A stretch of 64,000 nt of DNA from Oscillospiraceae bacterium. Lineage in GTDB: Bacteria; Bacillota; Clostridia; Oscillospirales; CAG-382. This document shows, piece by piece, positions 55,279-63,933 of this stretch (position 1 is its first letter; each line of letters opens with the position of its first letter). The DNA lies in NCBI GenBank assembly GCA_015064625.1, contig SVRW01000007.1, forward strand, positions 19,794-83,793. The letters are read 5' to 3'. A program made the translations under genes and the position numbers. The notes beneath the pieces were generated by a model. That model made no database searches. It had not been told where the DNA came from and saw only the letters and a list, made by a program, of their open reading frames with translations.

Positions 55279-57192
55279 ATGAAATACGGATTTGATAAAT
55301 ATATAAATAAAGGCTTGACAAAAGCTTTGTTTTTATTTGTGGCAGTTATGCTTTTTTCGGCTTTAACTTCTTTTTCTGCAGATGCACAAGCTTTATCTGC
55401 GGATTATGAGGGTGCATCGGATGCTTTTGCAGATGCTTTGAGGGAAGGAAAAAGCTCTGTTTCTGTGGTGGAATTTAATATTCCCAAGGACGAAGCAGGA
55501 TTCTTGCTTCAGTTTTCCCAAAGTCATAATACGGACGTTTTCTGGTATCCTCTTTCAATAAGCTATAATTTTTCAGACGAGGATAATATTATTGCTGAAA
55601 TAGAATGGGAAAATGTTTTTGAAGATTTTTCCCAGATTGAAGCTATGCAAAAGGATTTTGAAAAATACGCCAAGGAAGCTGTCAACGTTTGTTTTGACCG
55701 TAATATGACGGATTTTGAAAAGATATTATCTGCCCATGAATATCTTACTGAGTTTACAACGTATACTCTGACGGACGATTATTCTTTTACCGCTTACTCT
55801 GTTTTCGTTCGAGGCGAGGGAGTTTGTCAAGGATATTCCTATGCTTTCAAGTATCTTATGGATGCGGTTGGCATTGAATGTCATTACGTCAGCTCCAATA
55901 CCCTTGACCACGGTTGGAATATTGTGAAATTGGATGGGGAATATTATCATGTTGACGTTACGGGTAACGATGCCGTGGCAAAATACAACGGTGTGGAAAT
56001 AAAGCATGGAAGACAAAAGCATACCAAGCTTCTTTGCTCTGATGCGGCACTCAATTGCGGAGTTGACGACGTTAAGATATGGAGTGATATAGCTCTACCC
56101 GAATGTAAAAGCACTTTGTACGATAATGCTTTTTATAAAAATATAACCGGCTCTATGGAATTTATAGACGGCTTTTGGTATTACATTGAGCCCAACGAAT
56201 ATATAAACGGTTCAAGGCGTGTGCTTAAAACTGATGGGGAAAAAACTGAGGTTTTCCTTGAAATGAAAAAGCCTGTGTATGCCATTTCCAGTCATGGTAA
56301 AGAAATTTACTGTGCAGTAAAAGATGTTGTATATAAAGTTGATCTTGACGGAAAATATAAGGAATTCTGTTCCACAGTCGGAGAAATTTTCGGTTGCGCT
56401 ATTCGAGAGGATGAATTGTATTACGGTGTTTACAGAAAGAAAAGCTACGCTGTTTGCAGTGTGTATATCCCGAAAAATCTTGATTGTATCGAGGGCGTTA
56501 ATCTGGACGTTACCTCGGAAACGTTGGCTTTGAATATCTACGTTAAGGATTTTATAGAGCTTAAGGACGGATTTATAAAATACACCTTTGACGGCGAGAA
56601 ATTTTCCGTTTCAATGAAAAAAATAGACGAAAGCAGAGTTATTTCCGTTCCTGTTAATTTGACACAGCTTGACCTTGAAATTGAAATCACGGTAGTTTAC
56701 GGTGAGGAAGAAAAGAAGTATACAACCTCTGCTTTGAAATATTTAACTGCAGTATCAAAAACTGAAGCTGATTCAAAAACCTTGAACGTTGTAAAAGCTT
56801 TGCTTGAGTACAGCGGAATAAATGAACCCTCGGAGGTTACTGTTTCGGGGTATGAAACGAAAATTTCGGATTCATCGGACGAAATATCCTTTATCAGCGC
56901 AGAGCTTGCTTTCGACGGAAAGGTTGACGTGAAGCTTAAATTTTCTGTTCTTGGAAAGGTTGAATTCAAATCCAACGGCAAAATAAAGGTTGAAAAAGAC
57001 GGTCTTTATTATACCGTTACAGTTCTTGATATATCAGCCTTCGACCTTGAGGCTAAATTCAAGGTAATAGCAAAAGACGTTTCGGTTAAATTCAACGTTT
57101 TGGGACTTATTTCAAACTGCGACGAAGAAACAAAAAAAGAAATTCTGGCTTTTTATAATTACGGAAAGGCACTTTCAGAATATTCAAAATAA
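55279..57192 (+). CDS. Secreted transglutaminase-like (Cys-His-Asp core) protein with C-terminal beta-rich domains
   Basis: Signal peptide. GEGVCQGYSYAFKYLMDAVGIECHYV...DHGWNIVKLDGEYYHVDVT is the transglutaminase-like core. Confidence 0.7.
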   Translation: MKYGFDKYINKGLTKALFLFVAVMLFSALTSFSADAQALSADYEGASDAFADALREGKSSVSVVEFNIPKDEAGFLLQFSQSHNTDVFWYPLSISYNFSDEDNIIAEIEWENVFEDFSQIEAMQKDFEKYAKEAVNVCFDRNMTDFEKILSAHEYLTEFTTYTLTDDYSFTAYSVFVRGEGVCQGYSYAFKYLMDAVGIECHYVSSNTLDHGWNIVKLDGEYYHVDVTGNDAVAKYNGVEIKHGRQKHTKLLCSDAALNCGVDDVKIWSDIALPECKSTLYDNAFYKNITGSMEFIDGFWYYIEPNEYINGSRRVLKTDGEKTEVFLEMKKPVYAISSHGKEIYCAVKDVVYKVDLDGKYKEFCSTVGEIFGCAIREDELYYGVYRKKSYAVCSVYIPKNLDCIEGVNLDVTSETLALNIYVKDFIELKDGFIKYTFDGEKFSVSMKKIDESRVISVPVNLTQLDLEIEITVVYGEEEKKYTTSALKYLTAVSKTEADSKTLNVVKALLEYSGINEPSEVTVSGYETKISDSSDEISFISAELAFDGKVDVKLKFSVLGKVEFKSNGKIKVEKDGLYYTVTVLDISAFDLEAKFKVIAKDVSVKFNVLGLISNCDEETKKEILAFYNYGKALSEYSK

Positions 57193-57211
57193 AAATACAA
57201 AGGGTGATTTT

Positions 57212-57820
57212 ATGAAATATTTTATAAAAACCATTGAAAACGAAAAAGAAGTTGATTCTTTGCCAAAGGCTTATATTGACAAATACGTATGGGGTGATGA
57301 GTATACTCCTGTATCCTTTGCGCAGCTCGGACTTCTCAAAGGCAAGGGTCTTTATCTTAAGCTTACGTCCTTTGAAAAATCTCCAAAGATAACGGGAACG
57401 GAATACGGTCACAAGGTGCATCTGGATAGTTGTCTTGAGTTTTTTGCATCTATGGATAATTCTTCACCGCTGTACGTTAACTTTGAAGCAAACGCGGCAG
57501 GTGCTTTTGTCCTGACCTCCAGACTTAACCGTAATGAAAAAGTTAATCACGCTCATACTATCGAAGGCTTGAAGCTTCCCGACGTAAAGGCAAATATAAA
57601 CGAAGACAACTGGACTGTAGAAGTGCTTTTCGATTTCGACCTTGTGGAGAAGCTTTTCGGAAAACGTGTTGAATTTGAAAAAGGATACGTTTTCAAGGGG
57701 AATTTTTATAAATGCGGTGATGAAACAAAAATAGCACATTATGGAATGTGGTCTCCCGTGTTACTTGAAAATCCTGACTTTCATCAAAGCGGATTTTTTG
57801 CAGAGCTTGAGATTGAATAA
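57212..57820 (+). CDS. Carbohydrate-binding family 9-like protein
   Basis: 202 aa. DSCLEFF, NFEANAAG, GNFYKCGD and HYGMWSPV...PDFHQSGFF resemble the cytoplasmic CBM9-like family. Confidence 0.55.
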   Translation: MKYFIKTIENEKEVDSLPKAYIDKYVWGDEYTPVSFAQLGLLKGKGLYLKLTSFEKSPKITGTEYGHKVHLDSCLEFFASMDNSSPLYVNFEANAAGAFVLTSRLNRNEKVNHAHTIEGLKLPDVKANINEDNWTVEVLFDFDLVEKLFGKRVEFEKGYVFKGNFYKCGDETKIAHYGMWSPVLLENPDFHQSGFFAELEIE

Positions 57821-57840
57821 GACGCGAAGGAAAGAGGAAA

Positions 57841-57867
57841 GGAAATTTTTCTTCCGCCGATCGAAAA
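57841..57867 (+). repeat. 26-28-nt box, copy 4
   Basis: GGAAATTTTTCTTCCGCCGATCGAAAA. Confidence 0.8.
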
Positions 57868-57877
57868 ACGTTATTTA

Positions 57878-58015
57878 ATTGAAAATTGAAAATGGAAAGT
57901 TGAAAATTATGGTAATTTTTCTCCCACCGGTCGAAAAATAAATTCTTGTTTACCCTTACCTCTTGCCTTTGCATCAGCCTTTACAATTTTCAACTTTCAA
58001 CTTTCAATTTCCAAT
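57878..58015. repeat. Inverted heptad arms enclosing box copy 5
   Basis: ATTGAAA ATTGAAA ATGGAAA GTTGAAA (57878-57905). Box GGTAATTTTTCTCCCACCGGTCGAAAA (57911-57937). Inverted TTTCAAC TTTCAAC TTTCAAT TTCCAAT (57988-58015). Confidence 0.85.
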
Positions 58016-58073
58016 TTCCCATCGCTCCTTTGATATTGTATCATGCAAGGTGTGTCAGTTATCACACATTTTT

Positions 58074-58150
58074 AATTCGGAATTCGGAATGCGGAATTCG
58101 GAATAAAAAAAGCTCGGTTCGGGGTTTTACCCTTGAATCGAGCGTTTTTT
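58074..58150 (+). terminator. Left inverted arm of locus C: AATTCGG/AATGCGG heptads plus a terminator-like hairpin
   Basis: Heptads at 58074-58104. AAAAAAA-GCTCGGTTCGGGG-tttt-ACCCTTGAATCGAGC-GTTTTTT: a 13-bp stem whose non-Watson-Crick pairs are G-T on the plus strand. Likely terminator of the CBM9-like gene. Confidence 0.7.
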
Positions 58151-58195
58151 GATTGTTTTATTTGTGAATGTTTTAGTTTATTTTTCGATAATTTA

Positions 58196-58277
58196 TTTTT
58201 CGAACGCAGTGAGAAAAATTTCCATTATTCCGCATTCCGCATTCCGCATTGAAAAAGTTCCGCATTCCGCATTATGC
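58196..58277 (+). repeat. Conserved core hairpin plus ATTCCGC heptads (locus C)
   Basis: TTTTTC-gaacgcagtga-GAAAAA (58196-58218; same 11-nt loop as locus B with one difference). ATTCCGC three times (58227-58247), then further units to 58277. Confidence 0.85.
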
Positions 58278-58278
58278 A

Positions 58279-58392
58279 TAGGTTTAGGTTTAGGTTTAGG
58301 ATTAGGTTTAGGATTAGGATTAGGATTAGGATTAGGTTTAGGATTAGGATTAGGATTAGGATTAGGTTTAGGATTAGGATTAGGTTTAGGAT
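58279..58392. repeat. Nineteen-unit hexamer array TAGGTT/TAGGAT
   Basis: Unit order by variant base is TTT A T AAAA T AAAA T AA T A, which partly gives a 30-nt higher-order period. Confidence 0.95.
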
Positions 58393-58530
58393 TACTGAGC
58401 AAAAATTAGCAAAAATAGCATTTGCTACCATTTGCTGTTTTTGCAATGGTTTACTATTTAACTTTTGCACTTGCTGTTTTTGCTCACATTAGTTCGAATT
58501 TGCTGTTTTATTATGACTTCAAAATAGATA

Positions 58531-58647
58531 AAGCTCGATTCAAGGGTAAATCCTCGAACCAAGCTTTATTATTTCGAATTACGAATTACGCATTCCGAAT
58601 TGAACAAGTTACGCATTCCGAATTACTCCTGCCTCCTGCCTCTTGCC
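58531..58647 (-). terminator. Right inverted arm of locus C: hairpin plus ATTNCGN heptads plus TCCTGCC/TCTTGCC heptads (likely murA terminator region)
   Basis: The reverse complement of 58531-58601 aligns with 58074-58150 (about 80 percent by eye). The hairpin mismatches become G-U only on the minus strand, where TTATCTATTTT follows. Heptads TCCTGCC TCCTGCC TCTTGCC at 58627-58647. Confidence 0.65.
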
Positions 58648-58657
58648 TTGGCGAAGC

Positions 58658-59944
58658 CTATTCTTCCACGTTTTCCCAATATATATCCGCTCCGACTTGC
58701 TCAAGCTTTTTGACAATATCGTCGTATCCTCTGAGAATATAGTCTATTTTACGGATAACTGTTGTTCCCTCTGCGGCAAGTCCTGCAAGAACCAAGGCTG
58801 CACCGCCTCTCAGGTCCATAGCATTTACCTCTGCTCCTTTAAGCTTGGATACGCCTGTAGCAATAACACGCGATGCACGAATACCAAGAGACGCATGCCT
58901 TTCTATAGATGCATCCATCTTTTTAAGTTCGTTTATGTATTCAAAACGGTCAGACCAGATTTCTTCAACCACGGAGCCTTTTCCTGCCAGACAGAGAAGA
59001 ACCATTACCTGCGGATGCATATCCGTTGGGAAGCCTGGGTAAGGAGCTGTTGTTACGTCTGTTCCCTGAAGCTCACCATTTCTTTCGACGGTTATGTTTT
59101 CCCCATCTTCCGTTACAGTCAAGCCTATTTTTTTGAGGACTGCGACAGTTGATTCCATATGCTTTGGAATAACGTTTTTAACGGTTATACGGCTGCCGTC
59201 AACCATTCCTGCGGCACACATAAACGTTCCGGCTTCTATCATATCAGGTATTACCGTATATGGCTGAACAGGAGAATGAAGTCCTTCCACGCCCTTTATT
59301 TTTATTGTGGAGGTTCCTGCGCCTACTATGTTTGCTCCGCACACGTTGAGGAAGTTTGCGAAATCAACAACGTGAGGTTCTCTTGCGGCATTTATTATTG
59401 TTGTAGTTCCTTCTGCGTGAACAGCCGCCATAGCTATATTCATAGTGCTTCCCACAGAGAAATGACCGTCTATGATATTTCCCTTAAGGGGGGAGCTTGT
59501 TGTCAATTCCACAAGCTCGTCAGAAACTATAGCCTTAGCACCCAAGGCTTCAAAGCCTGCAAGATGATAATTTATAGGGCGTTCGCCTATCTTACATCCG
59601 CCTGACGAATATCCAGAAGCTTTTCCGAATCTGCCTAAAAGCGCGCCCAAAAGATAATATGAGGCTCTCATCGTTCCCATCAGCTCTTTGTCTACGATAA
59701 TCTCAGAATTGATGTTTCTTGTGTCTATTTTAAGTATACCGCTTCCAAGCTTTGTTATTTTTGCGCCTGCGGCGGTAAGGATTTTCAGGGAGTTTTCCAC
59801 GTCAGAAATATCGGGGATATTTTCGATAACGCAAACACCGTCAATAAGCACGGTTGCGAAAAGAATGGGCAGAACGGCATTTTTCATTCCGCTTATAGGA
59901 ATCTCGCCGCAAAGCTGTTTGCCTCCGTTAACTGAAATTCTCAT
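58658..59944 (-). CDS. murA: UDP-N-acetylglucosamine 1-carboxyvinyltransferase
   Basis: GEIPISGMKNAVLPIL, GGCKIGERPINYHL (active-site Cys), PGFPTDMHPQ and LRGGAALVLAGLAAEG. Confidence 0.93.
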   Translation of the reverse strand: MRISVNGGKQLCGEIPISGMKNAVLPILFATVLIDGVCVIENIPDISDVENSLKILTAAGAKITKLGSGILKIDTRNINSEIIVDKELMGTMRASYYLLGALLGRFGKASGYSSGGCKIGERPINYHLAGFEALGAKAIVSDELVELTTSSPLKGNIIDGHFSVGSTMNIAMAAVHAEGTTTIINAAREPHVVDFANFLNVCGANIVGAGTSTIKIKGVEGLHSPVQPYTVIPDMIEAGTFMCAAGMVDGSRITVKNVIPKHMESTVAVLKKIGLTVTEDGENITVERNGELQGTDVTTAPYPGFPTDMHPQVMVLLCLAGKGSVVEEIWSDRFEYINELKKMDASIERHASLGIRASRVIATGVSKLKGAEVNAMDLRGGAALVLAGLAAEGTTVIRKIDYILRGYDDIVKKLEQVGADIYWENVEE

Positions 59945-60089
59945 ATATAAATACCTTTCGGTTGTAAACTATATTTGTGTGGATATAATCCAATTCATTT
60001 TACATTATATCAAGTTTAAAACGAAAGTTCTACATTGAATTGTAAACATTTGATAATTTTAAAACTTTTTTATTCAGTATATGCTTTTT

Positions 60090-60959
60090 TTAAAATTTTG
60101 AGAGAAGATTATGTACAGGAACAACAGCAAATGCGGAAAATAATCCTTGTGCAAGCTTGGAAACGAAGAATTTTCTCATCTTCACGTTACAAAGGGAAAA
60201 AATTTGAAAATGAACGCAGATTCCGCCAAAACCTAAAAACAATCCTGAGTAGAAAAGGCGTTTTTCGAAGTCGAGGGGGAAAAGAGAATTTATTCCCGAA
60301 GTAAGCTCTACCATTCCCTTTATGAAAACAGGGGCATCGGACAGAAAAACAGCAGAAAATACAGAGAAAAAAACGATATATCCGCAAATATTTATCATAT
60401 TCACTGTGGCGTTTCTGATTCCGTTTATAAGAAATGAAGAATCAAGGCTCTTGGGTCCAGAGACGAAAGTTTTTTTATCTTCGCCGGAAAGAAATTTGCG
60501 AAAGAAAAATGCGAAAAACAAAGATGATAATATCTGACATAAAAAAAGTGAAAAAGCGCCTTTTTTTCCAACTGAACTTGCGACAAATCCAAATATAAAA
60601 GAAATTCCCGCATTGTTGGAAAAAAGCATAAGATATTGAGCGCGTTTATCCGTTATTATTTTCTCACTTTGTAGATTTCCTGCGATTAAAGCTCCTGCGG
60701 GGAATCCCGAAAGCAATCCTACAGTAAATGCGGAGATTTCTGCGCCGTACCGTGGAAAAGCTGAAACGATTTTGTCTACAATTTTCAATTCCCAAAGTAC
60801 AGAAGAAAGGCATACGTATAAAAAAAGCTGTGGAATTACCGTTTTACCGCAGAATGCAAGGGAATCTGATATGGACACCGCAATTCTTTCATTGGGAATA
60901 ATAAGCATTACAAACGCAAAAATTGTAAAAATAAGGCTTAAAACTGCCTTTTTTCTCAT
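60090..60959 (-). CDS. ylbJ: YlbJ-like sporulation integral membrane protein (nucleoside-recognition/Gate-type)
   Basis: Polytopic. GLLSGFPAGALIAGNL...LMLFSNNAGISFIFGFV resembles YlbJ. Lies next to yqfC/yqfD. Shorter than B. subtilis YlbJ. Confidence 0.55.
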   Translation of the reverse strand: MRKKAVLSLIFTIFAFVMLIIPNERIAVSISDSLAFCGKTVIPQLFLYVCLSSVLWELKIVDKIVSAFPRYGAEISAFTVGLLSGFPAGALIAGNLQSEKIITDKRAQYLMLFSNNAGISFIFGFVASSVGKKGAFSLFLCQILSSLFFAFFFRKFLSGEDKKTFVSGPKSLDSSFLINGIRNATVNMINICGYIVFFSVFSAVFLSDAPVFIKGMVELTSGINSLFPLDFEKRLFYSGLFLGFGGICVHFQIFSLCNVKMRKFFVSKLAQGLFSAFAVVPVHNLLSKF

Positions 60960-61055
60960 AACCTGAAATCCTCTCTTTTTTGGCGATTTATATATGTATA
61001 TTTAATGCATAGGGGTAAATATACATATAAATATAAAAACGGAGAGGGTGGGAAA

Positions 61056-61298
61056 TTGGGTAAATACAGAATAGAAATATTGAGTGAAGGCGGAAAAGAC
61101 GTACTTAACGTTGAAGGCTGCAAAAGCATTGAAAAATATACGGTGGAAGAAATAAAGCTTGAGCTTAACCGCAGAAAGCTTACCGTTTTCGGAAAAGGAC
61201 TTAATATGCCTGTGCTCGTTGGCGGAAACTTATGTATAAAGGGGTTTGTGAAAAGCTTGGAATTTTCTGACGAGGCTGAAAAGAGGAAAACGAAATGA
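61056..61298 (+). CDS. yqfC: Sporulation protein YqfC (YabP/YqfC family)
   Basis: ILSEGGKDVLNVEGCKSIEKYTVEEIKLELNRRKLTVFGKGLNM...LCIKGFVKSLEF. Start taken at TTG 61056 after GGAGAGGGTGG. The ORF track's start at 61005 is the alternative. Confidence 0.65.
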   Translation: MGKYRIEILSEGGKDVLNVEGCKSIEKYTVEEIKLELNRRKLTVFGKGLNMPVLVGGNLCIKGFVKSLEFSDEAEKRKTK

Positions 61299-62476
61299 GC
61301 GTTTATTACAAATGGTTCAGGAATTTTTTTGGAAGCTCTCTCCTTGAAATAAGAGGGGAAAAAGAAAAGCTCATAAACGTGCTTTCTGAAAAAGGCATTT
61401 ATTTTTGGGGAACGGAAATAAAAGAAGACGGTTCTATGAATATAAACGGCTCGGTTTTTTCCGCAGGAAAGATAATTGAAGAAGGAGAAAAATTAGGCTG
61501 TAACGTTTCTGTACTTAAACGAAAAGGACTTCCTTTCCTTGCGGAAAAATACAAAAAGCGGTATGCAATAATGGTTGGAGTGATTATTGCCTGGGCATTT
61601 TTGTTCCTTTCATCACTTGTTGTGTGGGACGTTCAGATTTCGGAAAGAAGCGGGGAAGACCCGCAGAAAATATGCGAATATCTGGAAAAATGCGGTCTTG
61701 AGACAGGAACGTTTCTTCCAAGGCTTAACGTGAGAGCGGTTGAAAATCAATTCATGATAGAGCATAGTGAATATTCCTTTATTGCCGTCAACGTTTGCGG
61801 AACTGTGGCAAGAGTTGAGCTTCGTCGAGCTGTAAAGGCGGGAGAGCCTGAAAATCTTTCAATTCCATCAAACGTGGTGGCACAAAAGAGCGGTACTGTA
61901 ATTTCTGTAGAAGCATACGGCGGAAGTCCTGCTGTGAAAAGCGGTGACGTAGTTGAAGAAGGGGATTTGCTTATAAGCTCCTTTATGGAGGGGAGCTTTG
62001 GCGTTCAAAGAAGTGTTCACGCATATGGAAAGGTCAAAGCAGCCGTCAGTTATGAATTTGAAACGGAAATTCCGTTCGAATATGAAATTTCAAGTCTTAC
62101 GGGCAAGGAAGAAACAAAAAAGAATTTTAAAATTCTTGGATTTAACGTTCCTTTTTTCTCGGACGAAAAAACTTCATTTGAAAAATGCGTAGCAGTAAGT
62201 GAGAAAAAACGGCTTGAAATCTTCGATATAAAGCTTCCTTTGGAGGTGGAAAGTGTTGAATATCTGGAGCAGGCGAAAGAAATCATTATTCTGACAGAAA
62301 ATGAAGCAGAGAAAAAAGCGTTGGAAGAATTTGAGCGATGGAAAAGCCGTGAAATAAAAGGCGAAATTATCTCTGAAGTTTGGGATGTAACCTTTGACGA
62401 AAACGGGAAAGCTTGCAAGCTGAAAGCATCTTTGATTGCGGAAGAAGATATTGCAAAAACGGTTCTTTTGGAGTGA
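61295..62476 (+). CDS. yqfD: Sporulation protein YqfD (stage IV)
   Basis: ATGA overlap with yqfC, a single central TM, about 390 aa, and a VKSGDVVEEGDLLISS segment typical of YqfD. Confidence 0.8.
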   Translation: MSVYYKWFRNFFGSSLLEIRGEKEKLINVLSEKGIYFWGTEIKEDGSMNINGSVFSAGKIIEEGEKLGCNVSVLKRKGLPFLAEKYKKRYAIMVGVIIAWAFLFLSSLVVWDVQISERSGEDPQKICEYLEKCGLETGTFLPRLNVRAVENQFMIEHSEYSFIAVNVCGTVARVELRRAVKAGEPENLSIPSNVVAQKSGTVISVEAYGGSPAVKSGDVVEEGDLLISSFMEGSFGVQRSVHAYGKVKAAVSYEFETEIPFEYEISSLTGKEETKKNFKILGFNVPFFSDEKTSFEKCVAVSEKKRLEIFDIKLPLEVESVEYLEQAKEIIILTENEAEKKALEEFERWKSREIKGEIISEVWDVTFDENGKACKLKASLIAEEDIAKTVLLE

Positions 62477-62620
62477 AAAACTTCAAGATTACTGAATATA
62501 AAAATGCAAAAAGTGATATTATTAGTTAAAAAACATCAATTTTCCTTTTGTTTTTCACGTGGTTACTCACTTTTTCACACATTTTTTCACACCTATATTT
62601 ATAATTATAAAAAAACAAAA

Positions 62621-62650
62621 AAGAAAAAGGGCGTTTTAAGCCCTTTTTCT
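62621..62650. terminator. Bidirectional terminator
   Basis: AAAAAGGGC-gttttaa-GCCCTTTTT. Confidence 0.65.
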
Positions 62651-62800
62651 GCGTTAGTATATGAATAATATTCAAAAAACGGTATTTTATGCATTAGTGT
62701 TTCAGGAGAACAAAAATTATATCTAAAACGATATACTTTTGATTATCTTTTACTATATGATTTCAGGATTAAAGTTTTTGGTTTCATAAAGCTAAAAATC

Positions 62801-63052
62801 TTATCTGCCAGAATAGAATTCCTCTCTCAACGTTTCAAAATCCTTCAGATTTTCGGGAAAGAAATAAACCCTGAATGTATTTATCTGCAATGCGCCTTCG
62901 TCAACCGCTAAAGTTGATGTCCAATATATATATTTTGCAGCGATGGCGGAATATTCAATAGTTCCGTTGGGATGGGAAATCCATCTGAATGGCACAAATA
63001 AAACAATCAGGAGAACTATTGCAATAATTACGTAAATATTTCTTCTTTTCAT
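62801..63052 (-). CDS. Small membrane-anchored hypothetical protein
   Basis: N-terminal TM (IYVIIAIVLLIVLFVPF). 83 aa. No family recognised. Confidence 0.45.
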   Translation of the reverse strand: MKRRNIYVIIAIVLLIVLFVPFRWISHPNGTIEYSAIAAKYIYWTSTLAVDEGALQINTFRVYFFPENLKDFETLREEFYSGR

Positions 63053-63123
63053 ATCATTCTTATTTGTTTGAATCTTACTTTTTTTATTTCATTGCTTGTT
63101 GGGAGAGGGGTTGGTTTGGGAAA

Positions 63124-63933
63124 TTATTTTTTGTAAATAACTCCCGTGGTGTCGATATAATCCGTGTTTTCATCAGGCTCGTCTGGGTTTATATCTTCAT
63201 CGTCGTCATCGTCGTATTTTCCTGCAAGGCGTTCTTCTTCAGCTTTTTGTTTCTGCTTTTTAGTAAGACAAAGCTTGTTTTCTTTTCCGTTTGCAAGGCG
63301 GGCAATGTTAGACCTATGCATGAAAATAACTATAAAGCTTATTACAACCGATGCTATCATGGGGAATGCTTCAATCATTTTCGTGTAGGTCATATACATA
63401 TAAAGTATTCCGGGGTATGCAAAAGCGGAGAGGATAGAACCAAGAGAAATATATCTTGATACGGCTACAACTGCAACGAATATTGTGAATACTACGAGGA
63501 ATACCACGGGATTGAGGAAAAGAATCATGGTTGCCGCCGTAAGCACGCCTTTACCGCCCTTGAATTTGTAATATACAGGGGCGATATGTCCGAGCATACA
63601 GAACATTCCGGCTAAATATGCACCTTCTCTGCCAAGGATAAAGGCGGCAAAGAAAATAGAAGCTATCTGCTTTGCACAGTCGCCTGCCAAAGTCAGAAGT
63701 GCGGCTTTCATACCGTAGGTTCTATGCATATTGGTCATACCTGCGTTGCCGCTTCCAAAATTGCGGATATCCTCTTTATAAATCTTTTTTGAGAGTATTA
63801 TAGCAGAATTTATACTTCCCAAAAGATAGGGAACGAGAATACAAAGGAGTATCTGTATTATAAAAAGCACGCCTTCGTCTATATTAAACCAATTACATAT
63901 ACCGAATTTCGTATATATAGTCTGATAAATCAT
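63124..63933 (-). CDS. plsY: Glycerol-3-phosphate acyltransferase PlsY with a charged C-terminal tail
   Basis: YLLGSINSAIILSK, FGSGNAGMTNMHRTYG and FKGGKGV. The start overlaps the der stop (ATGA). The C-terminal about 50 aa are basic then poly-acidic (YDDDDDEDINPDEPDE). Confidence 0.88.
   Translation of the reverse strand: MIYQTIYTKFGICNWFNIDEGVLFIIQILLCILVPYLLGSINSAIILSKKIYKEDIRNFGSGNAGMTNMHRTYGMKAALLTLAGDCAKQIASIFFAAFILGREGAYLAGMFCMLGHIAPVYYKFKGGKGVLTAATMILFLNPVVFLVVFTIFVAVVAVSRYISLGSILSAFAYPGILYMYMTYTKMIEAFPMIASVVISFIVIFMHRSNIARLANGKENKLCLTKKQKQKAEEERLAGKYDDDDDEDINPDEPDENTDYIDTTGVIYKK

Noticed and set aside
58117-58150. tRNA-like fragment (GGTTCGGGG...), also considered at 58533-58567
   Set aside because: It is a single hairpin only. 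There is no acceptor stem, anticodon arm or full T-arm consensus, and it fits a terminator hairpin better.
58279-58392. Telomere-like TTAGG(A/T) repeats
   Set aside because: The array is internal to a region flanked by housekeeping genes on both sides (murA and a CBM9-like gene). The units are TAGGAT/TAGGTT, not a known telomeric unit, and nothing suggests a linear replicon end.
58149-58492. ORF-track entries translating to GLGLGL..., PNPNPKPN... and RIRFRIRI... (58149-58409 +, 58193-58402 -, 58225-58470 -, 58274-58492 +)
   Set aside because: These are the same hexamer array read in several frames on both strands. They are pure low-complexity, have no RBS, and are mutually overlapping. They are artefacts of the repeat, not genes.
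61005-61055. Longer YqfC start (ATG 61005, MHRGKYTYKYKNGEGGK...)
   Set aside because: The extension is encoded by AT-rich promoter-like DNA and contains the GGAGAGGGTGG RBS that serves TTG 61056. This remains uncertain, so it is noted in the feature.
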